DNA of 63,008 nucleotides, counting the filler, from Octopus bimaculoides (taxonomy: Eukaryota), in the NCBI RefSeq assembly GCF_001194135.2. It is 4 parts of 4 records of this genome, joined end to end, with 100 filler letters (N's around TTAATTAATTAA, not from the genome) between each part and the next. Parts side by side here need not be neighbours in the genome. Positions count along the whole stretch, not along the records: positions 1 to 28,551 come from NC_068998.1; positions 28,652 to 43,586 come from NC_068981.1; 2 more parts are not named here. The stretch is one strand, 5' to 3'. The position numbers were made by a program, and so were the translations under genes. Below the pieces are notes generated by a model. It was not told the origin of the DNA and did not search any database. It saw only the letters and a program-made list of their open reading frames with translations. Below are positions 26,531 to 38,370 of this stretch, piece after piece. Numbering within the stretch: position 1 is the first letter of the stretch; the number at the start of each line of letters is the position of its first letter.

Positions 26531-28517
26531 AGGAAACCAATATATGAATGCATATTTGTATGGACGGATGGATGTAAGCGCGTACATATGTGTAGTGTGT
26601 ACACTGTATATATTATATGTTTGGCATCTTAGCAGAAGTGGTTGATTAGGCAAAAACATTTCCCGCTCAAATGAAAAAGCTTCGTAACAGTGTGTTTCAC
26701 TTCATATATATACCGTAGATATTCATTAACATGTAACACCTGAAAAATCATAATTATAATCAGAAATTACACATAATCATTATAAGTATGCTCCTCTAAA
26801 TATTTATTAAGAATTCTCGTTAATTCTCTCTTTAATTTCCTCAAAAATATTATTTTCACTATAATTACAAAATATTTAATCATATTATTGCAATAAAAGC
26901 ACATTTGCTTATGGGTATTTTGAATTCAATTTTCAGTTTTAATTTCGACTAAAAAAAAAATGTGTTTGCTTTATGTTTTATTTTTATTTTTGCGGAAAGC
27001 GAATCGAGCAGGTGTGTTGTTAAGAAGCTTCTCTTAAAATGACAGGTTTCATGCTCAGTCCCACGGCAAAGCACCACGCACAAAATTGTTGTACTATATA
27101 TAGTCCCGGGTCCTTGTGAGTGACATTCTAGACGGAAACTGTTTCTCTTTTTCGTAAAGACCTATGTGCGAGGAAAAAGCTTGGTTTGCTTAAACAATTT
27201 AATGGATGCTGCGGATACATAGATGATATATTTATACTTAATTCTTTGAATTTTTACCCGTAAAGCCACCAGAAATCGTAATAATATAAAGAATATTAAT
27301 TATTTAGATAGCAATTTAGTAATTAATGACAATAATGAGATGTCAATTGTGTAATTAATGATAATATTGAGACATTTATCATAAAATGCCATGGTTCAAT
27401 AGTAGAATTCGCTCTTTTATAGGTTATGGTGTTTTTTCAGACCAGATTATCAGTTATGGCACTATTATAAATAATACTAATAGATTTTTGAAAAGAATAA
27501 ACTGTTAAGACATTAAGTAAGACAAGGGTATAGATACTGTTTAGATGGGAGACTGGAAATTTTAAATAGATATGGTGTAATATATAGCCTTCAACTTAGT
27601 ATATATTTTTAAACGTCTGGACTGTTTACAAGTGACTCTAATTGCATACTACGTCACCAAAATTGTTAAAAACAATTGAGAAAGTAGTGAATTATGCACT
27701 TCGTCATCGATGGTTAAGACAGAGTTTTGAGATAACATGTAAATGGTAATACTTTATATTTTATGTTATCTTTTAAACAGTTATATATTTAGCTTTAATC
27801 GTAACAAGCTTTTTAATAATGATTGTTAATTACAGGTATTCTTTTATTAGTTCGTATTTATAAGGATATTTTAGTACTATTTATTAAATTACTGGTATAA
27901 GTTTAGCATTAAAGCATGTAAGGATAACGAATTTTTAATATGTATGCAGTGTTTTAATTATCAACTTTTGGATCACTCAGAATTGGTAATATTATTAGTT
28001 AAGTTCAATTGAATTTATTTTTGTTTTGGAAAGAATACAATATAAAAGCTTTAACTTTTATATTAATAGCTAGAGAAGACTAGGTTGCTATTTAGTTAGA
28101 TAATTTAGGTGTTAGTTATAGCTTTACTTATTAAATCTATTTACCAACACTGTTTTTGTACATGAAGTAAATATGTTTCTTTGTTGTAGTTTAATTAATA
28201 ATATTAGTGTTTCATCCTTCTTAGAATTAAGATTGAATGAATGTGATGATATCTAAGGTACGTTTGTTCCCAGACAACACTTATTTCAGTGCTACTGACA
28301 CCACCGGATTGAGTGGTACTGCCCAGGTGTGGAAACCGTAGTGATACACGTGGGGCAGCTGATGATGGAGGTTTGATGGATTGTTGGTATGGCTATTATT
28401 CTATGTGCAGAATAGTTTTATAAAACATCCATTTGATATATATATATATATATGTATATATTTATGTATATGTATTTGTGCATATATAAATATATAGATG
28501 TACACACAGACACATAA

Positions 28518-28550
<33 letters not shown>

Positions 28551-28651
28551 TNNNNNNNNNNNNNNNNNNNNNNNNNNNNNNNNNNNNNNNNNNNNTTAAT
28601 TAATTAANNNNNNNNNNNNNNNNNNNNNNNNNNNNNNNNNNNNNNNNNNNN

Positions 28652-28814
28652 ATATAAGGGCATTACTATAGAATACTGCCTCATGCCAAACTACCATAAT
28701 AAACACATTTTTACCAGCCAGTTTTTGAGAGTTGCATTTTCCTCGCATTCGGTAAAAATGTGTTTATTATGGTAGTTTAGCATGAGGCATTATTCTATAG
28801 TAATGCCCTTATAT
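28652..28814. repeat. Fold-back / MITE-like element: 64-bp inverted arms with a 35-nt spacer
   Basis: 28652-28715 is the reverse complement of 28751-28814 with 2 mismatches. Confidence 0.9.
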
Positions 28815-29121
28815 AAAAATATAAATAAATATATTCTAGGGATAATGATGGATTTTTCCCTTATGAGTTTTTTCACGCTGGCTACTTGATAAAATTCTTG
28901 TAAAAGATTTTTATCCTATTATTGAATTCGTAAATGCCAGTAAGGAAGACGATATTGATCCAACCGATGAAGATGTATAACAGTAGTATTTATTGGAGCA
29001 TTAAACTGTATGTCTGTGTGTGAGTGTGAATGCGACATAATAAAACACAATGTAAGACAGGCCGTCATGTAAAGAAAAGAGTGTGTGTGAGTAATACATG
29101 TATGTGAATGCGAGAGATACA

Positions 29122-29792
29122 TAGTATTGAAGTATTGATAAGAGTCAGTAACACATATCGGAATTTACCAGTTCTTAGTTAGAGTACACAGTAGTATTAT
29201 AGGTCTGTATATAAGAAGTTAAGGCGTATGGGGCAGAGCGATCACTCGTCGTGATGTTAGGGCTTCTATGCCGGGCCGGGTTCTTGAATACAGATGTTCT
29301 TCGCAGGCTAAGTTCTGTCTGTTAATTCCGTGGTGAGGCAATTCACACTAAAAGGATCGAGAAGACAACCTGCGGTAGTTGTTTGGTTAGCTGTTGATAG
29401 CTTGTGTACGTGTAGTCATGTTGACGCTGGCAGCGATGCTGGTAGTCGTAGTTGGATGATGGTGTCGATGTCGTCGCTGGAAATTGGCTGGTTGGTTGGT
29501 GCTGTGTTACGCGTGTGTGGCCAGCGGCCAGATCTAGGAGATCTGGGGCGCGACGAATTGGCGGGTATAATTTAGTCTATTTATAGTAAAATAGGGGCTC
29601 CAGGAAAGCATTAGAAGAAACACTCTCACGTGACCTTATTAGAGGCTATGGTTGGTCAGTTTGTGTCCTGGGGCGAACGGGTGGAGATAATTTACCCGCG
29701 CAAAGAATAGTCAGTCAGGTGATGACACAGCAAGCTGCTCTCTGCTACGCCCTCACTTGTTAATATTTATAGTGAGAGAAGTGTTCACTACA
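29122..29792 (-). mobile_element. Probable solo LTR
   Basis: GC-richer island of about 670 bp starting TGTAGTG on the minus strand, with a TATA-like ctataaatag. No long ORF. The distal CA end and TSD are not clearly preserved. Confidence 0.45.
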
Positions 29793-30075
29793 TATATATT
29801 AAGGTTATGAGAGGTAATGGTATCAAGAAGACCCAAAGTTGTCAGGTAATGCTGAGTAAGTGCTATGGACAGACTATAGTTAAGCTCCAGGTTCAGTGAT
29901 TATGCGAATGAGGTGTCCAACGTAGGTCATATATGAGCATGCGTATATATATAAAAATTTCACAGAATGAGATAAAATATCCCTCCCATATCCCACGTCT
30001 GTTTTCATTCCTCCACTTCACTCTCTATTTCATATCTTCTCTAGAATAACTATTGCTTAACCAATTTCTTGCACT

Positions 30076-30123
30076 GTCTCCAATGAAGGGATATATAAAA
30101 TATCCCGGAAACAGATAGAAGAC
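30076..30123 (+). ncRNA. Decayed minimal type I hammerhead-ribozyme-like motif (Penelope-type)
   Basis: gtct (helix I) - CCAATGA (cf. CTGATGA) - A - GGGATAT ataaa ATATCCC (perfect 7-bp helix II) - G GAAAC AGATAGA - agac (helix I partner). Confidence 0.55.
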
Positions 30124-31534
30124 CTTATCTTTATAAATGTTCTGAAATCTTTTACAGCCTTGGATTTTTATCTCATTCTGTTAATTTATATATGTTTGTG
30201 TGTGTGNNNNNNNNNNNNNNNNNNNNNNNNNNNNNNNNNNNNNNNNNNNNNNNNNNNNNNNNNNNNNNNNNNNNNNNNNNNNNNNNNNNNNNNNNNNNNN
30301 NNNNNNNNNNNNNNNNNNNNNNNNNNNNNNNNNNNNNNNNNNNNNNNNNNNNNNNNNNNNNNNNNNNNNNNNNNNNNNNNNNNNNNNNNNNNNNNNNNNN
30401 NNNNNNNNNNNNNNNNNNNNNNNNNNNNNNNNNNNNNNNNNNNNNNNNNNNNNNNNNNNNNNNNNNNNNNNNNNNNNNNNNNNNNNNNNNNNNNNNNNNN
30501 NNNNNNNNNNNNNNNNNNNNNNNNNNNNNNNNNNNNNNNNNNNNNNNNNNNNNNNNNNNNNNNNNNNNNNNNNNNNNNNNNNNNNNNNNNNNNNNNNNNN
30601 NNNNNNNNNNNNNNNNNNNNNNNNNNNNNNNNNNNNNNNNNNNNNNNNNNNNNNNNNNNNNNNNNNNNNNNNNNNNNNNNNNNNNNNNNNNNNNNNNNNN
30701 NNNNNNNNNNNNNNNNNNNNNNNNNNNNNNNNNNNNNNNNNNNNNNNNNNNNNNNNNNNNNNNNNNNNNNNNNNNNNNNNNNNNNNNNNNNNNNNNNNNN
30801 NNNNNNNNNNNNNNNNNNNNNNNNNNNNNNNNNNNNNNNNNNNNNNNNNNNNNNNNNNNNNNNNNNNNNNNNNNNNNNNNNNNNNNNNNNNNNNNNNNNN
30901 NNNNNNNNNNNNNNNNNNNNNNNNNNNNNNNNNNNNNNNNNNNNNNNNNNNNNNNNNNNNNNNNNNNNNNNNNNNNNNNNNNNNNNNNNNNNNNNNNNNN
31001 NNNNNNNNNNNNNNNNNNNNNNNNNNNNNNNNNNNNNNNNNNNNNNNNNNNNNNNNNNNNNNNNNNNNNNNNNNNNNNNNNNNNNNNNNNNNNNNNNNNN
31101 NNNNNNNNNNNNNGTTTCCTCACAGTTTCCAGTCTACCAAATTCCATGCGTATATGTGTACAACAGAAAACTTTGGCCCAAAGTACCATGCAGTAGAATT
31201 GAATTCAGAATCATATGATTGCAAAGTGGACTTTTTAAGTAAATGGCTATGCCTTAATGTTACTGAATCCAGACATTTAGCAGCAGCTGAATAAGACTGT
31301 CATGTATATATGTTTTTTTTAACTAAAATTCATTGGTTATATTGATTCTCTCTCTTTATTTACCTCTGGCAATTAAAACAAAAAATAAATAGATGTAGGT
31401 GGCTCTTAGTAATTCTCAAGCTGTTACCTCCAGTTGTATATAACCAATTCCAGTGAAGGTTTGTCATTAACCATTACAAATACCAAATTAGCAAAATTGG
31501 GGTTATTTATTGTTAGCTAATTGTATACTTTTAT

Positions 31535-31737
31535 TCTTTTTTACTAGTTTCAGTCATTTGACTGTGGTCATACTGGAGCACCGTTTTTAGTCGAACAAAC
31601 CGACCCCAGGACTTATTCTTTGTAAGCCTGGTACATATTATATCGGTCTCTTTTGCTGAACCGCCAGGTTATGGGGACGTAAACACACCAGCATCAGTTG
31701 TCAAGCAATGGTGGACACACACACACACACACATACG

Positions 31738-31745
<8 letters not shown>
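31535..31745 (-). mobile_element. SINE family A, 3' half
   Basis: gtttcagtcatttgactgtggtcatactggagcacc..gaccccaggacttattc..ggggacgtaaacacaccagcatc. Confidence 0.85.
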
Positions 31746-31781
<36 letters not shown>

Positions 31782-32299
31782 TGAATCTCTTTGATTCTTT
31801 AAATTTGCTAGCTTCCTGGTAATAAATCGATATTAATTAATATATGATTTTTTACCCTATGTTTTTAATTGAATTAACCATAACCAAGTTCCTAAACTGG
31901 ATATATGCAACGCAGTAAATATTTTTTCTGCAGACATATTCCCGGAATTAGCGCGCCAAAACGAAGACTTTTGAATTTTACCATTAAGCTGTAATTAACA
32001 GAACCACATACACGTTCACCTATGACAGTGGGCAACTTTGTATAGGGTTCTGAGGATTATGGTTACATTACAATCAGGCTGAAGAGAAACAGACATTCGG
32101 TAAGAGTGGTAATTTCGAAACTAGTTCCTGTTTAATAATGATTTTTTCGGTAATTTTAAATGTCTTGCCCGCTTACGCTTTGGTATTCCGCTGAATTTCG
32201 TTTTGAGAACAATTTAGGTCTTAGTAGACACAAGATGTGATCTATTTCTAGCACATTAAGTGTCCACGTGAGTGGTCAATGTTATATATAAATATATAT

Positions 32300-32655
32300 A
32301 TATATATATACGACGGGCTTCTTTTCAGTTTCTGTTTACTAAATCCACTCGCAATGCTTTGGTTGGTCCGAGGTTACAGTAGAAGACACTTGCCCAAGGT
32401 GGCACATTGTGTCCTTGAGCAAGACAGTTTATTTCACCTTGTTCCAGTCCACTCAGTTGGCAAAAATGAATTGTACCTGTACTTCAAAGGGCCAGCCTTA
32501 TCACATTCTTTGTCACATTGAATCTCTCTGAAAACTACATCAAGGGTACACATGTTTGTAGAGTTCTCAGCTACTTGAACATTAATTTCACAAGCAGGCT
32601 GTTCCGTTGATCAGATCAAGTGGAACCCCCATCGTTGTAACTGACAGAGTGCCAT
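32300..32655. mobile_element. Head-to-head fusion: headless SINE A (minus, 32300-32405) joined to headless SINE C (plus, 32406-32655)
   Basis: SINE A body ends ..gacacttgcccaaggtggcac and is followed directly by attgtgtccttgagcaagac.. and the SINE C tail. Confidence 0.8.
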
Positions 32656-32819
32656 TTGTTTAGTTTTTTAGTCTCATGCGTGTCTGCAAAACCTGCTTAG
32701 TAGACATGGCGCTTCAACCATTTTTGGTTAGGAGACCAAAAATGGCCCTTTTGATACCAAGCCAACTGAGACTGACTTCCCCTTAATTGAATGATACCAG
32801 CTCAGAACTATGCATCCAT

Positions 32820-33011
32820 CTTTTATCTTTCAGTCATTGGACTGTAGCCATTGTGGAGCACTGTCTTGAAGGATTTTAGTCAAAGAAATTGACCCCAGTA
32901 CTTAAATGCTTTTAAAGTTTGGTACTTATTCTATTGGTTCCCTTTTGCTGAACCACTAAGTTATGGGGACATAATAAAAACAACACTAATTGTCAAGTAG
33001 AAGGAATGATG

Positions 33012-33103
<92 letters not shown>

Positions 33104-33245
33104 TGCAAAGATAAATAGACTGGTCTTCAACACAGTTTCCATTTACCAAATTCACTCACAAAGCATTAGTCAATCTGGGGCTATAATAGAAGACACTTGC
33201 CTAAGGTGCTGTGCAGTGGGACTGAACCTGAAGCACACAGCCATA
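32820..33245 (-). mobile_element. Older SINE family A copy with a long (CA)n
   Basis: Family motifs are recognisable with more substitutions. Confidence 0.8.
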
Positions 33246-33334
33246 TCTTTATAATTTTAAGATTTGAATTTTTAAAAACATTTAAAAATGTTTTCTTAAA
33301 CTGAAACAAATGAAGACAGTTATTAGTGGTAATT

Positions 33335-33930
33335 CTTTTATTCTTTTACTTGTTTCAGTCATTTGACTGCGGCCATGCTGGAGCATGGTTTTTATAGTCA
33401 AACAAATCAACCCTAGGATTTATTTCTTAAGCCTAGTACTTATTCTATTGGTCTCTTTTGCCGAACTGCTTAGTTACAGGGATGTAAACACACTGAGTAG
33501 TCAAGCGGTGAAGGGGGGACGACACAGACACAAAGACACATAAATGCACACACACACACACACACGCGACATGCTTCTTTCAGTTTCCATCTAATAAATG
33601 CACTCAAGGCTTTGGTCGGCCTGAGGAAACCTGTGAGTATTTATATATGTCATCACCTGACTGACTATTCTTTGCGCGGGTAAATTATCTCCACCCGTTC
33701 GCCCCAGGACACAAACTGACCAACCATAGCCTCTAATAAGGTCACGTGAGAGTGTTTCTTCTAATGCTTTCCTGGAGCCCCTATTTTACTATAAATAGAC
33801 TAAATTATACCCGCCAATTTGTCGCGCCCCAGTAGAAGACACTTGCCCAAGGTGCCACGCAGTGAGACTGAAACTGGAACCATGTGGTTGGGAAGCTAAA
33901 TTCTTACCACACAACCACTCCTGTGCCTAT
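33335..33930 (-). mobile_element. SINE family A copy interrupted by an approximately 205-bp insertion
   Basis: Family sequence ggcc(c/t)gagg-ctat-agtagaagac is split at 33626/33831. Confidence 0.88.
33648..33832 (+). repeat. Inverted copy of 29543-29727 (184/185 identical)
   Basis: Base-by-base comparison shows a single C/T difference at 33820. Confidence 0.95.
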
Positions 33931-33969
33931 GATGCTTACAAAAATATAAATGGCATATAAGATTCAATT

Positions 33970-34760
33970 TAATAATAATAACAATGAAATTATTGAATAC
34001 AGTGCTCAGGTGCACTACTACTTGTCAAAAGTGTGTATAAAGCATATGCAGTAATGTACAAATGTCTGGAAAGTGAACAGTGTATGAGTCAGATACATGC
34101 TTGCATGTGTACGGAAGGGAGAAAATCAGGTGAAGTGTTGGCGAATCTCAGGAAGCATGGAAGTTTTGAAGGATGCAGTGCTCTGACAACTAACAACTGA
34201 TGCCGGCAGTTTGTTCCATGATTCAGCAACTCTTAGCATGAAAAAATGTTTCCGAAAGTCATGGGAGCTGTGCTGTTTTCTGACTTTGTAAACATGTCCA
34301 CAGGTGGAGTTTGAAAAGGTGCTCAGAGTTATTGTTAGTAAGATGGTTAATAATTTTATGGGTGTCTACCAAGTCAGTTGCCAGACGGAGTTTCAATGTA
34401 TCCATGCTCAGGGAAGCAAGGTGTTCAGAATATGGCAAATGCCTGATGGAGGGTATTCTCTTGGTTGCATGTCACTGAACGGTTTCCAGACGATTAATAT
34501 CCTGAGCAAGATAGGGGTTTCAGACCGGTGATGCAAATTCCAGATGAGGCCACACCATAGCTATATAAAGCCTCAGATAGATAGCCAGAGAGCGGCTCAC
34601 AAAAGATTTGGTAAGTGATGTCAAGACACCCTCAGTCTTCTTGGCAATTTAGCAATGTGTTTTGTCCAATGCAAATCGCTGTCGACAATAATGCCCAGGT
34701 CACGTTCACAAGAAGACTTCTTTAGCTTAGTGTTGTGGAGGGAGTAAGTAGACGCCGGGT
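33970..34760 (-). mobile_element. CR1-clade LINE 3' fragment
   Basis: Minus strand: YSLHNTKLKKSSCERDLGIIVDSDLHW..; GHVYKVRKQHSSHDFRKHFFMLRVAESWNKLPASVVSCQSTASFK; (ATT)n tail near 33970. Confidence 0.88.
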
Positions 34761-34779
34761 TTTAAATTTAAAATATCTG

Positions 34780-35200
34780 ATATTTATTAATTCAGACTTG
34801 AATTTTGCTTGTTCTTTTTACTTTTTACTGTATTTTAATTTGAATTTTTAATAGTTAAAGTGGCAAGCTGGCAAAATGCCCACCAGGCAAAATGCTTGGC
34901 AGCGTTTTGTTCATCTTTACATTTGAGGTTCAAATTCCACCAAGGTTGACTTTGCCTTTCATCCTTTTGGGGTTGATAGATTAAGTGCCAGTTGCAGTGT
35001 GGTTGATGTAATTGGCTTACCCCCCCCCCACTCCTGATATTGCTGGCCTTGTGCAAAAATTTGAAATCAATATTTTAATTTGAGTTATAAAATAAGTACG
35101 AGTTGAACCCTAGGGGGTCAATGTAATCAACTTATCCATTCCCCCCAAAATTGCTGGCCTTGTGTCAAAATTTGTAATCGGCATTTTAATTTGAGTTCTT
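34780..35200 (+). mobile_element. Tandem decayed SINE family B copies
   Basis: gcaagctggcaaaatgcc..ggttgactttgcctttcatccttttggggttgatag..; the tail motif aaattgctggccttgtg recurs at about 35040 and 35150. Confidence 0.7.
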
Positions 35201-35639
35201 CCCTACAAATGACCCTCACTTCTACCCATATGCTTCACACCAATTTTTGTTAATAAAAAAAAAATATTATTTCGGATATATCTTTTTGAAATTTAAAGCT
35301 AAAAATAATTTTAAGAATCTGGAACAAAAAGAGAAGTGTTGCTAGTTTGTGATTGTTTAACGGATATTTAGACAGGATATGTGACTTCTGTCTCTTGAAC
35401 TTTACTGTGTGATATATTAGAGAACATTGCTTCTCAACCTTTTTTTAGTTTAATGACCCTTTAAACAAAATGGCAGTTTACAAACACCCTCTACACATAT
35501 TTAAAAAATAAAATACAGCAGAATATTTTTAACACTTTTGTTATCATGTTTCTATTGAAATACATTGTGTTTGTTTCAATTAATTTTGAAAGTAATGAAA
35601 ATTTAGTGAAACAAATTTGCTATTATAAAACTGGTGTTT

Positions 35640-35860
35640 AAAGTGGTGAGCTGGTAGAATTGTTAGCATGCCAGATGAAATCCTTAGCGGTATTTTGTCT
35701 ATCTTCACGTTCTTAGTTCAAATGCCACTGGGGGCAACTTTGCCTTCCATCTTTTCGGGGTCAATAAATTAAGTACCGGTTGCATAATGGAGTCGATATA
35801 ATCGACTGACTCCTCCCCACAAATTTCAGGCCTTGTGCCTATAGTAGAAAGGATTATTAA
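35640..35860 (+). mobile_element. SINE family B copy
   Basis: gagctggtagaattgttagcatgcc..agttcaaatgcc..ctttgccttccatcttttcggggtcaataaattaagtacc. Confidence 0.8.
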
Positions 35861-35929
35861 ACTGGTGTTTGGAACATACATCAACATGAAAATTTAATTA
35901 AAGATTTTAATTTAGATCACTTTAAAACC

Positions 35930-36240
35930 TTAGTGGCTAGGGGTATTTAGTTCATGGTTGTGAGGTTATGAGTTTAATTCCTGTTGCTGTGTTGTGTACT
36001 TGAATGAAATGCTTTATTTCACATTGCTCCAGTCCACTCAACCGGCAAAAATAAATATCATAGTACTTGTATTTCAATAGGCCAGCCTTGTCACATTCTG
36101 TGTCATGCTGAATCTCCTTGAAAACTATGTTAAGGGTATGTGTGTCTGTGGAGTGCTCAGCCACTTGCACATTAACTTCATGAACAGGCTGTTCTAGTAA
36201 TCGGATCAACTGGAACCCTTGTCATTGTAACTAACATAAT
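35930..36240 (+). mobile_element. Decayed SINE family C copy
   Basis: Shares gctccagtccactc..ggccagccttgtcaca..gttaagggt..ggagtgctcagccacttgcac..tcaactggaacc with 42112 and 48361. Confidence 0.8.
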
Positions 36241-36954
36241 GTCAGTTACTTTAAAACAAGACATTTTTAACACAGAATCAAGGGCAGTCTCAGGTGGGTT
36301 GGAATCAAAAGGGATAACATCATCATTTAACGTCTGCTTTCCATGCTGTCATGGGTTGGACAGTTTGACAGGAGCTGGCTAGGCAGAAGACTGCAAAAGG
36401 TTTCAGTGACTGTTTTAGCATGTTTTTTTTTTGTTTCAGCGGGATGCCCTTCCTAACACCAACCACCCTGCAGAGCTAATATAACAAAGATTATTTATTG
36501 CAGTGATTCCATGCCATATTTTAACATGTACTAAGTTCTTCCTTTTAGATATTTGCATAGATTACTGACCCCATAGCTAAATTATTATGGCAATCACCAA
36601 AAAAAGGTTAGAACTTATATTGAATATTGGCCCCTTTTCAGCTATGTTTCCACTCACTGATAACACTGATATTGATAACACAATGTCTGTCCAACTGATA
36701 TACTAAAACCGGTTAAAACAATTTTTCTGAAAGGTGGTTGTGTGGTCGAGAAATTTCCAGGGCACAGTACCTTGGGTAAATGTCTTCTACTACTGTTCCA
36801 GGCCAACCAAAGCCTTGTGCATGGATTTGATAGATGGAAACAGATGTATGTATGCATGTAAGTACGTATATATGTATGTATGCATGCATACATGTGTGCA
36901 TGTGTGTGCATGTGCATGCATGTGAGTGTATGTTGAGACATCACATGATAGTTG

Positions 36955-37170
36955 TAAATGAGCATCATTATCAAACAAATGAGGTTGTTCATTTCCAGTC
37001 TTCCATGAAAACAATGTGTCTAGCCATTGGGAAATATTACCTTGCTTTGAAACAGGTGTGGGTTGGTGACAGGAAGGGCATCCAGCTGTACAAAACCTGC
37101 CTCAGCAAATTCTGTCTGAACCATGCAAGCATAGAAAAGTGGACATTAAATGATGATGATGATGAAGTAT
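36955..37170 (+). mobile_element. Repeat with an RTE-like 3' tail ending in (GAT)n
   Basis: gggttggtgacaggaagggcatccagctgtacaaaacc..ggacattaaatgatgatgatg. Related copies at 36320-36470, 38970-39560, 41412-41640, 42770-42930 and 62970-63008. Confidence 0.6.
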
Positions 37171-37334
37171 AAGATGTAAATATCATAGCTGGTTTAAATA
37201 TTCAATTTTTAAGGAAAATCACAACCCACCTCTAAACACTTAGCATTCCTCCCATAGTGCTCCCCCCACCTCTTATGAGCTCAGGACTTCTCCACAACCA
37301 CTGAGGTTAAAAACTACTGTATAAGACTATAGTT

Positions 37335-37631
37335 ATTTCCATTTCTGCATTTAGAGTCCTAATCCAAGCAAGCTTGACCAGTGAATGATAGTTGCAATGT
37401 TGAAGTGTGGCACTTAGATTTCTTTGTCAAACGTGATGCTTATTTATTCACATTGTTTTGAATTAATCACACATCACATTATTTTGTGGCCTTGAGATTT
37501 CAATGGTATGTTTGTATATTTTTAGAATGACATTGTAGGGTAGATGTGAGATGTTGGATCTGGTCAGTTTTAACATAAAACAGGTTCAATACTTGGGCCA
37601 GATATGGTTAGATTAAATGCTAAAGGGTTAA
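37335..37631. mobile_element. Possible piggyBac-like non-autonomous element
   Basis: Ends ..aatgctaaaggg followed by TTAA. The left terminus is only weakly recognisable. Confidence 0.35.
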
Positions 37632-37664
37632 ATAACCAGATCATTTAGTCATATCCCTATTGGT

Positions 37665-37960
37665 TAGGGTGTCGCAGTCATGATCACAAGATTATGGGTT
37701 CAGTTCCTGGGCTGAGTGGTGTGTTGTGTTCTTGAGCAAGACACTTCATTTCACATTGGTTGAGTGTTGTGTGTGGACTGGCATGTGAAAGAATAGATCC
37801 AATGTTTCCTTTGCATGTCGTAAAAAGCAGCTAAAAGAGGTTGAGGTAGGATTTGCACTCTGACCTCATAAAACCTTCACCAGCAATGTGTGTCCTCCAA
37901 ACAGACCCATGGAATGAAAGGTTGTTGCCTGAGTGGTGCAAAGGTGTCACCTGCTAGGAG
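37665..37960 (+). mobile_element. Decayed tRNA/CORE-like SINE with a distinct 3' module
   Basis: Head ggttagggtgtc..tcatgatc.caagatt.tggg.tc..ttcc and gtgttcttgagcaagacacttcatttcac as at 50512, but a different tail. Confidence 0.6.
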
Positions 37961-37997
37961 TAGGAGTATGGGGACAGCACATCCCCATACAACAATG

Positions 37998-38039
<42 letters not shown>

Positions 38040-38330
38040 GCTGCTGCTACCACCACCACTGCCACCACCACTACTACTACTACCTTTAGGTTCTGAGATC
38101 AAATCCCATTGGGGTTGACTTTTCCTGTCACCCATTCAAGGTGATTAATGTTTATCCTCCTATCAGCTCCAATTTAGCAGACTTATGATCAGAAGTATCC
38201 CAGTTTTGATCATCACCGTTTTTTATTAATTACTTCATTGTCCAATCTGTCCTTTCTTTTTTATAAGACAGTAAGATGTGAGTTGAAGGAAATTTGGCTG
38301 CTATTTCTAGCAGGTTTAGTGACCACTTAG

Positions 38331-38370
<40 letters not shown>

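Noticed and set aside
27250-28250. AT-rich, microsatellite-free stretch as a possible NUMT
   Set aside because: No mitochondrial gene, rRNA or tRNA motif could be recognised.
28596-28607. Isolated TTAATTAATTAA between N runs (also 43631-43642 and 54994-55005)
   Set aside because: An identical 12-mer with stops in all six frames embedded in gaps is an assembly spacer, not biology.
35425-37319. hAT-like TIR pair (cattgcttctcaacc / ggttaaaaactactg)
   Set aside because: Only 10/15 match to each other and no 8-bp TSD.
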